This document shows, piece after piece, positions 43,144 to 56,654 of a stretch of DNA of 64,000 nt; positions within the stretch are counted from its first letter, which is position 1; each line of letters begins with the position of its first letter. The notes beneath the pieces are model-generated. The model saw only the letters and a list, made by a program, of their open reading frames with translations, was not told where the DNA came from and did not search any database. The stretch is from NCBI GenBank assembly GCA_023213395.1, contig CM041465.1, positions 125,867,741-125,931,740 on the forward strand, in the 5' to 3' direction. Both the position numbers and the translations under genes were made by a program. Origin of the DNA: Cycas panzhihuaensis (taxonomy: Eukaryota; Plantae; Cycadophyta).

Positions 43144-46100
43144 GCACATTTGAGCTATTTAGGAGTACATTTTTCAAGTTAGATCTTGGCCTGCAATATT
43201 TGGTGCTCTTATTTCTTGCAACATTTGAAGCTTAGCTCTATTTGGGCCTACAATTTTTTAGCAATATTCAACTTCTCATGGCATTATTTGAGCATAGATC
43301 ATAGCCTGCAACATTTGGCACTCTCATTTTTGTAACATTCGACACTAGATCTTGGCATTATTTACATATCAAAGTGAGTGCTAGTTGTGGGAGTCTCACA
43401 ACTATTTTTTGGCACATTATCATGGCTATTTTCTGGTATGAGGTGATATTATTTGGTCTAAGGTATTTAAACTTTAGGAAAATTCATTTATATTTATTAA
43501 TATTCTGTCTTATTATGTTGGTTTTCCATTGTTCATTTTTGGAACTATTGGTGGTCATTGTAGAACTAGTTAGTGCACCTCCTATGTTGCTCAGAACCAT
43601 AGTATATGACTACTTGTTCTACTCATAACTGATTCATCTACCTGCTAGAAAAGATCTCATATTTTTTTGTTGATTGTGTTGAGAGATATCGCTCTTAGAG
43701 TCAGCATATGTCTATTTTTAGCTTGTTTTGGTCGGATGCCTCTTTCTAACTCTACAAGTGACTATTCCTCGTGAAACTTTACTAGCTTTGAGCCACCGGA
43801 AATATCTAGCTATGTTTCAAATTTTGTAAGGATCCATGCATCGAATGAGAAGTTTGAGTTGTCATAACCTATGTATCCAGGTTTTTTCCTCATTTCTTCT
43901 TCATTTTTCCATTCAAAACAAATATTTTTAAAAAAAAAATTATGATTCAGGCCCGTGAAGCTAGGCATCTCTCCTTAACGGATAAGTGTGAAGCTATATG
44001 ATTAAATTCTAGTGATTATCGTGACTATATTTTGCCTCTATTCTCAGATTTATCACTCGCTAGTCCTCTATCTGCATCACCGTATACCCTCTCAAAATGA
44101 GTTAAAAATCATATTTTTTGCTCTAATTTTACTCAATTGGCTTTGTGACTGAGTATGCCTTAAATAGATCTCTCAATTTGTAGCCCTCAGATCATCCCTT
44201 GCTTGTCGTTTCGATCAATTTATACCCCTGCATCTTCGCAGAGGTCGTGCAGCCCACAACTAACTCCAAACTTTTTTTTTTATATATATGTTTTGATATA
44301 TTAAATTGACTTTATTATTACCTTATGTTTCTAAATTTTTAAGAAATTTAATCCTTATTTATAGTATTTCAAATCTGTGTTATAAGAGGGCTTAGCCCCC
44401 TTAGTTCTTAGCCCCTGGTTCGCTTTATATATGACCTTAGTCTTAAGCTAATTAAGAGTTATTTTTGTTTTTTTTTTTCAAGGGATTTCTTTCACCTCGG
44501 GTGCCTTTGTCGATAGACGAGTGTTTACTAAGTGTTTGGGGTTTGCTGCTCTTGTAGAGATCTGAGTTGTACTTTAAATCCACCCCATATGGCTATGCAC
44601 CCTAAGTTTCAAAAGGGGCTAACTTGCTTTGTTAAAGGTTTCTTTATAAATTTACCTTAAGAGATATTATCACATTTAATAGTGTATCTCATCATTGGAA
44701 TATCGGATTTTAGTGAAACCAATCTCATTGGGACCACATTTTAGAGCAATACAGTGTGGAATCATTACTTGTTAAATTTGAGATTATTTTGGCTAAGTTT
44801 TAATAAGTCAAAGTGACCCATTTTTTTAGTTATTATCTTATTAGCCAAAAAGATGCTTGCTTACATTGTCTACAATAATTTTATCATATAAACTCTATTT
44901 TTTGAACTATTAGACTTGTTGGTAAGGAATTTCAGAGGACTACAAGTTGGAATCAATTTTATTGCATTTTGACATTGTTTTATAGATTTTTAGAGTTGAT
45001 CAACTTGAGCTTCTTGTTCATCCCTAGACATGCTTGTTTTATAACATTTTTTAGTATTTCATTATTTCAGAAGATTATATTTGAAGCATTGTTTATTACT
45101 AATCAATTTTTAGAAGTTGTCATTGGTTTTTATACATACTCTATTTTATTTTTTATATTATCAATTGAATACATATAGTTTTCTGGCATCTTTATTACTT
45201 TGAGTAAATATTCTACTTATAAATTTCAAGTTTCATATCACTATTCTTTCTTTACAAAGGAATAATTTGGCATTCATGTTGTCTTGCATAATTTGGAAAA
45301 GAAGTCATCTTATTTTTTATTATTAAAGGCTTTAGTTCCTTGTTCAAATTGAAAGCTACAAAGTTTAGTTACAAAATTTCATTAATTATTTATCTCAAAA
45401 GCTAATTGCATTTCAAAGAATTAAAGGATTTCTTATTACATTGCATTCAAAATGAGCATATAGTTTCTTGTCCTTTCTACAAAATATATCAATTTGGAGA
45501 AACTAGTTTGCATACGAGCTTATATTCTTTGATTTATTTGAAGAAGAAGAAGAGCTTCTTTATTGTGATTTGAAGAAAATTTATAGCATATTTTTATTTG
45601 AAGAAAGTTTGAAGTATATATCCATTTTATGAAAGTTTGATTCTCATATTTTATCTTGCCTAAAACATTTATTTTGAGTCACATAAAGGAAAAAAAACAT
45701 ATTGATCATTTTTATCTCATGCTCATTATGACTTTATAAACTCCTTTTATCATACTTTCATTTGCAGATTACTCATTCATTGAAGCCATATTATTGATTA
45801 TGTACTAAAACATTTACATGATGACAATGAATTCAAACAATATTAGTTTACCAGTATTTAATAGGAATAATTTTCATTTTTTTAGGACCATTATGAAAGC
45901 TTACCCAATTTCAAATAACTTTTGGATATATATCAAGAATGGATATGAACCTAACAATAAAGAAGACTTAAAAAATATAATGAAGCCCTTGCATTTTTAT
46001 TTTATAGCTTAGATGATAATATATTTTCAAATGTTTTAGAAATAACTACTTCTAAATTAGTATGAAACACATTGGATTCACTTTATGGGGAAGATTCCCT

Positions 46101-46867
46101 TTATTTCAATTTTACTAACTATATTGATGACTCTTTTCCTGTGAGGCAGATGGTAGAGCAGGTACCATTTGAAGAAAAGATTAACATTTCTTGTATTAAT
46201 TTATATTTCATTAAAAATAATGTTTGTAATATTACATTTGATATGAAGATATGTATCAAGAACTCAACTCTAATGAAGGAACAAGATCAATACACCAGGC
46301 ACTTCTATTCCAACAAATTAAGATACATCCACAAGACATACTTAGAAGATATCCTTACTATATGATTTTGAAGAAACACACGATGTTGATAATATGACCA
46401 AGAAAGTTGTTGTTTACTTTTTCAAGCATATTGATTGCCAAGCTAAAGGATGAATTTTCAAAGTCATTTTCAAATACAGGTACAACGAATTCAAGGATAA
46501 ATGAAGAATGATGGTGATGACCATTAAGGGGGAGAATGTTGGGGTTAATTCTCATAACCCCACTCCTACATTTTGCATATGTGAATGCACACATATTAAA
46601 GTAAGTCAAGTGAGGTTAAGTTTAACTTGAATTAAGTATTATTTTAATGTTGTTTAAATTTTAGAGGTTGAGGACGCTTCTCTCCTCCCTCATAATTATA
46701 TATTTCTGGGGTGAAAAACCTTGGTGTCTTTAGATACCATCAACTATTAGAGATCTATTATACTATTTCAAGATGGATTGAATAATATTGATCTTTTATT
46801 ATTATTTCTCATGATGGATTGGTATGTAAATACTTGTTCTACTCCACTTCTTATATTTTTTCCAACA
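43144..46867 (+). mobile_element. Non-autonomous family-2 LTR element (long non-coding interior, copia-type gag N-terminal relic, PPT, 3' LTR 46537-46867; 5' LTR not seen)
   Basis: Interrupts the CRM integrase (ggaggtcttg | ttgaagggcattttgg); LPVFNRNNFHFF..MKAY..NNFWIYIKNGY at 45818; PPT taagggggagaa, then TGTTGG...CCAACA. Confidence 0.75.
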
Positions 46868-47838
46868 TTGAAGGGCATTTTGGCTGAAATAACACCATAG
46901 CTTTAGTAGAAGAAAAATATATTTAGCCTCGAGTAAAGGGTGATATGGCGAGATTTGTGGTATATTATAGACCAAAGTAAAAGAAAAGATACTACATCGA
47001 CCCAAGTCGTTTACAGAACCATCCACTATAGCTTCTTTCTCTAAAGCACAACTTACACCATACACATAATGACAAACATGTAGCACAACAAAGTATTGTT
47101 CCTTCCATATTTTTTGAATGCAAGTCCCAACAAAAAATAAGGAAACTTATGGTAAAGTAATAAGATGAACAAACATAGTTGGAAATTATATCTCTCACAA
47201 ATCTAGAAACACTTAATCTAAATCTAATATTCATGGCCAAAGAGTACTCAACACATGATTGGAAAAATCTACTCACTTATAAACCTATTTTCAGGGTAGC
47301 CCTCTAAACCCAATTTCTTACTCTTAAATCATAAAATTCATCTTGTTCTCTCCTCTAATTTCCTCCATGGATATATAGATCGAATTTTAAAATATTTATA
47401 TTAGTTGATAAAGGTATAAATATGGTTTAGATCACATCAACATTGATCATATGAGCTTCATAAAGCTGTGTAGGCAATGTTTGGGTGACAACGACTGTGA
47501 CAAGTCAAAATTCTTCAACATAAATTTGATTTTTTATTTAACTTTTTTTTTCACTAATGTTTTAGTGATAATAAAGTAAATTGTAATCTATTTTGAGGTA
47601 TGTAACATAAGTTGTAAGTGATTGGTCACATGTAGTGAGGGCTTTAAGCTCTAAAAAGCAGTTAAGCACTATAACTCATCCATTTATTGTTTACTTTTAA
47701 TGTTTCAAAATTCTAACATCATTTTTTTATTTTTTATCTTTCATTTTATAAGCCCAATTTTTTTAAAATACCTTACAGTGATTGAGTCTCTTTATAAACT
47801 TATGCTTGTAGTCTTGGTCATATGGATTAATTTTTACC

Positions 47839-50800
47839 ATGTCTAGTGTAAACATTATTAGTTATGTCTTACTAGATGCATATAAACTTAATAGTAAGAA
47901 CTATGTAATATGGAAGTTTAAGATTTTTAATATTCTAGCACTTAGAAAATTAATGAAGAGAGTTGAAAGGAATGAGTTGAAACTTATTATTACCTCTAAT
48001 TGACTATATTTAAATCTACTACAACCATTATAATTGTGACCAATAAAGATGTTGAATACTAGGAAGATCATGATAGAGAAGCATTAGATATCGTTGGGAT
48101 TTTTGTTGTTAAAGAACCCATCACTCATTTTCAATGGAAGCCTTCATCAAAGTATGTATGACAAATACTTCAAGAGATGTATGAAACCAAGAATGAAACT
48201 AGAGTGTTGTATATCAAAAACTTACTTTATTCATAAAAGATGGTTGTTGATGACTCAATCTCCCTACATTTACAAAACTTAAAGGAGATTAGAGATTAGT
48301 TGATTACAATAGGTGAGAAAGTTGAGAATAGGGAGTTTATGATCATTACTCTCAATAGCCACACAAAGACTATTATATCTTCATAACTAGTTTATATCTT
48401 ACTAAGAGAGCTTAATCACTTGCTTTGGAGGAGCTTGTCAGACTTCTTTTATATGATGAGCAATGTACAAGAGGATGTGTTGGTAGTAGTAGCAACATGG
48501 TCATGGCTTCTTAATTTAGAAAGAAGCTCCAAATGAATGTTTCTATATAAACTCCACCTCTTTCTTACATCATAAGTGAATGCCATAACAATCCTAAAAG
48601 GGATATTATGTGATCATATTGTAATAACAAAGGTCACTATTAAAAAAATTACTAGAAGAAGAAAGCAAATAAAAAGAAAGCTAAAAAAGTTATACGTCTG
48701 CCTAGATGACAAAAAAGTATTTTTATACGTCCTTATACATTTATTTTGATGCCATGAACCATATCACTTTTTATAAAGAATGATTTACTAAACTCAAGGT
48801 CATAACTAGACCATTGTACTAGGTCATGATAGTTAATATAAAGTAATCAATCAAGGTACAATTATTCTTAATCCACTTGGCCATAAAATCAAGATCTGTA
48901 ATGTCTTGTACATACCATCATTTAGACATAACTTACTTTTTATAAATTATATAGCTAAATTTAAGTTGAAGGTTGAGTTTGACATTATTAAATGTGTAAC
49001 TAAGGATGGTGATATTGTAATAGCCCAAGGAACCAAAGAGAATAGCTTGTATAAATTTGTGAATATTCCTAAGCTTGGATTTGTTATTAGCACTTCTAAT
49101 ACTTTACAACATGATTATTTTGGTCACTTAAATTATCATAATTTTAAACTATTGGTCACTTGAATTATCATAATATTAAAACTATTAAATAAGTTAAAAG
49201 TGATGTATTATCTCCCTCTTATACAAAAATATGATAAAATTTGCAATGCATGTGTAATCAAGAAAAAACATAGAGAAAAATATTTTAGGACCATGTTGAG
49301 GGATAAAGGTAAATTGGAGCTAGTTCATTCTAATTTATGTGGACCACTTTTACTAGTCTCACTTAGAGGCTTGAGATCCTTCATGACATTTATTGATGAC
49401 TTCACCAAGGGAACTTGAGTTTACCTCCCGAATAATAAATCAAAAGAATTTATAAAGATTAAGGAGCTTAAAGTTGAAATTAAGAACTTCTTTGGGAAAA
49501 AGAACAAGCTTATGAGGAGTGACAATAAAGGTAAGTACTTATCTTCTAAATTTATCAATTTTTACAAGGATCATGACAAATAATAGCAACTAACTACATC
49601 CTATACACCATAATAAAATGATATATTTAAGAGGAAGAACCACACCATTGCTATGATGGTGAGATGTATGCTAAAAGCTAAAAATGTCTTAAATGGTTTT
49701 CAAGATGAAACTATGAGTACAACTATGTAGATTTTGAATAGAAGTCTAACTGTAGTTATTATAAATATAAATACTAAAGAAACTTAGACTAGTAAAAAAC
49801 CTTCTATTTGCAATCTTCAAGTCTTTCGTTGCACTATTTTTATTTGTGTACCTAATATAAAGAGACAAAAGCTTGATGACAACTGTCAAACGTGTATTCT
49901 TATTGAGGATATTAAGTCTTCCAACGTATGTAGGCCTTTGGATCCCTCAAAGAAGAAGATTATAATTAGTAAGAATATTTTGCTTAATGAGTGTGATGAG
50001 GGAATTATCCTTATTATAAATGTTGATGCTAAAAGTATAGAAATAAAATAAGAGATTGAGTAAAAGAGTGAAAGAGCAAGGAAATTCCTTCATATGTTTC
50101 ATATTCCTCATCCTCTCATCAAAAGTGAGTAAAGTGGTATGCTCAAACTATAAAAGATTCTAAACTTGGTGACATTAACACTAGTGCTTGTGTTTAGACA
50201 TAAAGAAAGATCAATTTTGCCTTGAATTCTAATGTCTTAAACATTGATGAGCCTAAGTCATTTACTAAAGGTAATGATGTCCCTCATTAGAAGTTAACTA
50301 TCTAGGAAGAGTATTGATACTTAAGAATGACATTTGGAATCATGTTGATCTCCCTTTAGGGAAGAAAGTTATTGGTTATAGATGGGTATATAAGATGATG
50401 TATCAATTTGATATTACCATAGATAGATACAGAGTTTAACTTGTAGCTAAGGGATATGCATAAATTGAAGGTGTGGACTTTGAGGAGACCATTGCACCTA
50501 TGGCTAACATGACTACCATCTAAACATTAGTTAATCTTGCATCTCATTTTGGTTGAAAACTCCACTAAATAGATGTTAAGAGTGATTTCCTTAATGGCAT
50601 ACTTGATGAAGACATTTACATACAACAACTTGAAGGCTTTATGCAATTTGGTAAATAACGTCTTACATGCTAGTTAAAGAAAGCCTTGTATGGGCTTAAG
50701 CAGGCATTGAGAGTGTGGTATTCATACATTGATGACTACTTCATCTATTCTAAATTCACTAGATATGAATCCGATCGTAGTTTATATATTAAACATAATA

Positions 50801-52095
50801 ATGGAGAGATACTTATTATAATTCTCTATATAAATGATCTTATTATCATTGGCAGTGACACTTCTTAGATCAACTATCTTAAAAAGTACCTTTATAAAGC
50901 TTTTGAGATGTCTACTCTTGGCTTTCTACATTGCTATATTAGCATGAAAATCTAGCAAAAAGGTGATAGCAAATTTGTTTTATAGTTTAAGTATGCTTAT
51001 AGCCTATTGAAACGTTTCCATATGGAGGATTCAAACTCAATGACTACCCCCATGGAAGTTAGTCTAAAATTAACAAAGGAACTTATTGATGAGACTCTTT
51101 AATATATCTTATATAAGTAACTAGTATGTAGTCTTATCTACCTTACTAAAACTAGGCCTAACATCAATTATGTTATTGGAGTTTAGTATAACTGATGAGT
51201 GCTCCATCCATCTCTTATTAAAAGGTAACAAAGTGCATAATGAGGTATATTAAGGGTATTATTAGATTTGGACTCTTGTTTTAAAGAGATAATAAGTTTA
51301 GAATACATGGCTATATAGACTTAAATTGGGCTGAAGATGTTGCCAATAAGAAATCTACACCAAGATATATGTTTGTATGTAGTTTTGGTATAATTTCTTA
51401 GTGTAGCAAGAAGTAGGCTATTATATCCTTGTCCTCTACAAAAGTAGAGAATAAAGTAATAATTATAGCTACTTACGAGGCAATCTATCTGAGAAGACTA
51501 CTTGGGTACTTTAAGCTTCTACAAGATGTTTCTACATTGTTGTTTTCTGAAAATTAGGGTGTAATCTAGCTATCAAATAATATTATCTTCTATGCTAGCA
51601 CAGAGCATGTGGAAGTACAACATCACTTTACTTGAGAGCAAGTGTAGAATAGAGTAGTTAAATTGGTGCATTATCTAATTGAGGGGTAACTTTTTGACAT
51701 TCTCACTAAGGATTTGAGTCATGAGAAGTTTGATAGGTTCATAAGGCTCTTATTTATAAGAGATAATAAATTATACATTATGAGGGAGTGTTAAAAACAA
51801 TATGACACATTAATTAAGTTCTCTCAAGAGTTGTATTTATATTCTTATTGTTACACATGCAAAAATATGTGTAAGTTGTGCCTTGATATTTACTATTCCC
51901 TCGTATTCTCATTAAAATAAGAAGTGGTCTTATTATAATTAATTGATTGATCGATGTATGGACAGTGGACTAAATCTTTTTCTATATTTATAATTTAATC
52001 CAAGATTATTTCTTGTAATCATTAAACAATTATCTCTACATTATTTATCTCATTTACTTCTTGAATTTTAGCCTAATTCCCTCATATTTCTAATA
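47839..52095 (+). mobile_element. Ty1/copia family 3, degenerate gag-pol with PPT and probable 3' LTR from 51789
   Basis: gag KLNSKNYVIWKFK; LELVHSNLCGP..FMTFIDDF; LYGLKQALRVWY; ILYINDLII; RNase H; PPT tgagggag followed by TGTT. LTR end approximate; 5' LTR not found. Confidence 0.88.
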
Positions 52096-53223
52096 ATTAT
52101 GATCACATTCTTCTCTTAGACATTTGTAATTTTTCATGGTCTTTAGAAGCACTCTAAGTACTAGACATCTTAATGTTTAATACAAATAAGATCTACACAA
52201 TGATAATGGAGGGTGTAAAGAAAAATATTTCCTTTCTCTTAAAGGCCATAGGATGTCGTAGCTAAGTCCTCCCTACAGTATCTATCAAGGGAACAATTTG
52301 TATATTTTGTTAAACAAATATGAAGTTGATATTTATGCCTCTACTAGTACACATCCGCAAACTCAAATCCCATAACAAGAAGTGTCACATACATTAAAAG
52401 AGATGAGTCATTCATATTTTCATACTTCTTCCCCTATCCTACTCCTTATTGACCCACTAACTATAACAACATTATTGAAGAAATGCCTCCTTGCTTAGAC
52501 AATGAAAAGTAGGGGTGGTCTTTAGTTTTTAGAGCTAGAAAAGAAGAAACTATAATGACCATATAAAGTCCTCCTTAACCATTTATTAAATCCACATATA
52601 AATTTTCCTTGCATGTCAATTATATTCCATAAGATGTCTGATAGAGTCTGAAATGGTCTGTTGATATACTTATTGAAAAATTAAGTAACTATATTACCTC
52701 ACTAGTTGAAGCTAACACTCGTATGAAAGAGGATTTTCCTAACCTAAAATGACAAGTTCTTCTATTCCCTAACTGATCTCATTTTGTATTCTCCTATTCA
52801 TGAGATTTTGTATCATCTCATGCAATGTATGATGATTCTCCCTCACTGTAAGAAGATACATTATTAAAAAATATGTGCTACTAAATGTCGATATATCTAA
52901 ATTTGTAGTTATTTGGGAATGTAAAATTGTTGCTTCAAAACTTTCATCTATTATTTGAGCCATTTAGGGCTCTAATAACTTTGTTTCCTTAAATCACCTT
53001 TGGGTACAAGTGGCACAATTTTATTGTTATATTACTTACCTTAAATAATTACTAGTATGTTGTGGTTTTAATCTCAAATCCCAATTGTGAGTATATATGC
53101 TTCTTGTAAATTTGATATGCATTCTATTACATAGAATTTATTATAATTGTGTCTCTTAATAGCCTATTGGATGGCTATAAGCCATTTCAATATGCTAGAA
53201 GAGTCAACCAATGAAATTGAGGA

Positions 53224-53411
53224 ACTCCCTTCATATTTAACACCCTTTGAACATTGTATATATTATGTTTTCAAATCTTATTTGTATCTTTCTAATTATT
53301 AGATAGTAGAAGAAATCAAGAGTCTCCCTTTATATTTGACACCTAATAAACATTGTATGCAATATGTTTTCAAATCTCATTTGAGTCTTTCTGATTATCA
53401 ATTGGTAGAAG
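53224..53411 (+). repeat. ~99-bp two-unit tandem duplication
   Basis: ctccctt.atattt.acacc....aacattgtat...tatgttttcaaatc...gtagaag occurs twice. Confidence 0.75.
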
Positions 53412-53439
53412 CTAATGTTTCAAGATTCATGTGATGTAA

Positions 53440-54375
53440 TGAAAGCGAGAGGGCTGCTAGAATTTATTGCACGTTAGATCACTTCTACTATTCATATGAT
53501 AAAATTTAGCTAGCTCAATTGGTTTGGCATAAAGTCCCGTATATAATTTTCTTTTTTAATTCAATATATTTATTTTGACCTACTCTTGTTGCTGCTATGG
53601 CTTTACTCAAGTATAGAATATTGTTTCTCATCCCTCTTAAGAAGTTTAATGGATTGTTTAGTCTAAGAAAGATATTGAAAGCTATTGATCATGCACATGA
53701 TTAAGGTGTTTCAGTAAATAGATAGCTAAGATTCTTAGACAAAGAGAATTTTAATTTAAAGTAGCCCTTTAAGAGATCTAGCATTAGCTTAACACTTTCT
53801 CTTTGGATCCTCTCTCTAGAGCCAATAGTTTGTTATGATGTTAGAGTTTCTAAAATATGAACATAATAAAGCTAGAGGAACAGAAGATTGAGCCTACCTT
53901 TATTAGCTTAAATGAGGAGGCCTGTACTTCAAATTCTTCTTCTCCTCCCTCCAAAAGAGACAACTCACTTTGCATATTTTAATGCTTAAATCTATTGGTG
54001 GCTCCTCAACTAAGGACCTTTTGCCAATGCAAGATATATTTATGGAGCACTTCATTAACATTTTTTCTTCCCCTCTTATGACTACTGATAAACTTTATAT
54101 ACTTGCTGATTATACGAATGAGATACCCACCAAGGTTGACTAGAGTAATTGTAGTTTGACAAACCTCTATCCAAACATAGGCTCAAGGGAGCATTGTGGC
54201 TAATGACGAAGGAGAAATCCATAGGAGAAGATAATCTCATAATAGGATTTTACATAGCCTTTGGGGACATTATTGAGTAATATTTTTGCTTATGTACCAA
54301 TAAGAATTTTTTGTCACTAGTTTGGAGGAACATTCTGCCATCGGAATCATTAAGTTAATCCCCAAACAAGATATT
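53440..54375 (+). mobile_element. Ancient non-LTR retrotransposon ORF2 fragment (EN-RT linker)
   Basis: Relics RI..ARLDHF, MTKEKSIGEDNL..GFYIAF(W)DII (cf. KSPGPDG...FY..FWDII) and GIIKLIPKQ. Confidence 0.6.
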
Positions 54376-54389
54376 GATCTTCTTTTAAT

Positions 54390-55480
54390 TATAATATAAA
54401 CGGAATCAATAGTAGTTCTCATAAGTAACTTAGGGAAATAATTGGCAAATAAATAAAGAAATAATAGTATACATAAATGAAATGTTTTTTCCTCAAAAAA
54501 TAAAATAGTAGCTAGAGAAAACTATTGGTTTCCTCTTTGAAATAAGGGGTCCTCTTAAAATTACTATTGATAGATCTCTAAGAACCTATATTTCCTATTC
54601 AAAGACATTTTTCTTACCAAATGCTTCCATATATAAAAATTTTAAGATCGGTAGGCCTTAAGTCAACCACCCTGCTTAGCAAAATATAACAGCATCCTCC
54701 CACTAAAAGATGTTTTTCCCTAAAATCATTGAACTTACAAGTTCTATTGTTGTTAGTATTTATTTTCTCATATTGCATCTCGTACATCTATATCCTTCTA
54801 TTTTACAAAGTATTCATTGATTATCTAAATTTGTAGTTGTTTCATCTAAATGTCAATGATGCCTCTTAGACGCATGATTTAGGATCCTTCTTCATTGAAC
54901 CCCAATAAAGTTAGTTAAGGTATAATATTGTCCCTATTTTTTATCTTCAAATATGATATATGAAAAACATTATGTATCTAGCCTTCTAGAAGGTTAAGTA
55001 GATAGGATACTTCCCCAATTCCCTTTTATACTTAAAACAACCTATAAAACTTGTAATGTAGCTTCTCTTTCCTTCCTCTCCTCATTATGGACTATTTACA
55101 AGGTTGTAATCTCAAAATGACTATTTAATTCTTAACTTCAAATTACATTTTCTATCCATGTTAGTCTTATTACTAGTTCATTCTATCTCTTATTGTATTT
55201 AGAATATCTTTAAGGTTGTAAAGGATTTCTTTGTCTTTTGCATATATTCCTTAATGGTTGGGGCCTTAGGCTACACATTTGTATACATTAGTGGTAGCAG
55301 GTCATCTCCATAAAGAGCCTTGAAAGGTATCATCTAAGTTATGGAATGATATATACTATTATACCACTAGTTTTCTAAATATAGCCATTTATGCCATTGT
55401 ACATGTTTATTCAAAATGAAGCACCTAACATAGCCTTCTAAGCATTTGGTCATAGATTTAGTTTGGTCATCTATTTAAGG
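54390..55480 (-). mobile_element. Degenerate chromovirus 3' end (Reina-like): integrase, chromodomain, PPT, 3' LTR from 54691 leftward
   Basis: Minus-strand relics WYNSIYHS..MIPFKALYG, LRLQP, IGEVSY, IHNVFHISYLK, EYFVK.KD; PPT gtgggaggatgc before TGTTAT. Confidence 0.75.
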
Positions 55481-55499
55481 TTGATATGTTATGCTCATG

Positions 55500-55864
55500 G
55501 TAACTTCGTTTCAACTAGGTATTTCATGTTAATCATATGTATTTATATTTTTTCCCATGTTGCATCTCTTGCTACCTTCCCACAAACCTTTCATGTCACT
55601 CATGGGTTAATCCCCAACCAAAGGTACCTCACTACCATGATTAACTCATTATTCTCTAAATCCCTTAGGTTAATTTCCCTAATCTACATCCTTCCTCTCC
55701 ATTCCATCACACACACACACACATATATAATCAGATGTATATAAGTATGCACATATGTGTGTGTGTATATACGCATGTGCGTATCTATGTATGTGTGTAT
55801 TAAGGGAGAGGGTTGTGCACAAATTATTTTCATATTTATTATTATTAGCTCACAACATAAGATT
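55500..55864 (-). repeat. Inverted copy of the microsatellite-associated dispersed repeat
   Basis: Reverse complement of ~6770-6890 and ~6200-6290 / 37250-37320. Confidence 0.75.
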
Positions 55865-56213
55865 AAGGAGGGGTAAGGAGCCGAGTTGGCGAGGCTAAGG
55901 CTTATTTAGGCGCTTATGAAGCAAGGCTGCTCGGGTTCGAGGCACCTACATTGCATTTGCACTTATACGAACCTTAGAGGTTGCTGAGCAACTCTGAGTC
56001 ACCTCCTTTTCATATATAGTATCAAAAGTTTTGTGGAAACATTGTGAGTGACCAGAGCTGGAACTGGAGCGAACGTCTACGAACTAGGGTTTGGAGTAGC
56101 GGCGAAGGAGAACACGGGGAGTTTCCGGACGCCATGGCGTCACTCGGAGAATGAAGAAGATGCAGTAGGATGGCGCTGCAAGAGATCGTGCCGCCTCCTC
56201 TCTAGCTCGAACC

Positions 56214-56654
56214 ATGGCGGTGGCTAAGGATTTCGCTTCCAGGCTGGGATCAAAAGTCCTGATCTGTAGAGGAGACAGAGCGAAACGGAGCACTGCTATT
56301 TCCCCGAGGCCTACAGATCTATGGTTTCATTGGTACGGCCTATTAGAGGACAAGTGCCGCCCTGTCAAGGTTGATATATCAAGCGTGTTTTGGTTTGGGG
56401 AGGGACGCGGGCTTCATAGACTTCCAAGCAGACAGCGGACCAGCTTCAATGGTGGAGCTAGGGCTTTTCCGAATACACTACTAAGAATCGGGCGAGCTTC
56501 TTGGAAAGACTGGTTGTTGATACATGGTATGTCACTATTTTTCTGGTCTGGAGTCTGTCTCTTGGAAAGATTGGTTGAAGAGGCTTGGAATGCCAATGTT
56601 GTTTTGTTGTGTTGCTTTGCTGGATTGTTCTGTAGTTTTGATCTCTTAATATAA
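56214..56654 (+). CDS. LINE upstream sense ORF (146 aa, unknown function, hydrophobic C-terminus)
   Basis: Open ORF homologous to 179-649(-); its TAA overlaps the ORF1 ATG (TAATG, 56652-56656). Confidence 0.6.
   Translation: MAVAKDFASRLGSKVLICRGDRAKRSTAISPRPTDLWFHWYGLLEDKCRPVKVDISSVFWFGEGRGLHRLPSRQRTSFNGGARAFPNTLLRIGRASWKDWLLIHGMSLFFWSGVCLLERLVEEAWNANVVLLCCFAGLFCSFDLLI

Noticed and set aside
43144-43350. Spaced repeats that superficially resemble a CRISPR array
   Set aside because: Degenerate and irregular, in a eukaryotic TE context, with no cas genes.
46972-47838. Unassigned sequence between the CRM remnant and copia-3 (also 52100-53220 and 62365-62950)
   Set aside because: No motif, terminus or internal homology that I could support by eye.
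49120-49187. ~33-bp tandem duplication in copia-3
   Set aside because: Ordinary slippage in a dead element.
55940-55965. attgcatttgcac resembles U1/U2 snRNA loop motifs
   Set aside because: No snRNA 5' end, Sm site or other recognisable snRNA sequence nearby.
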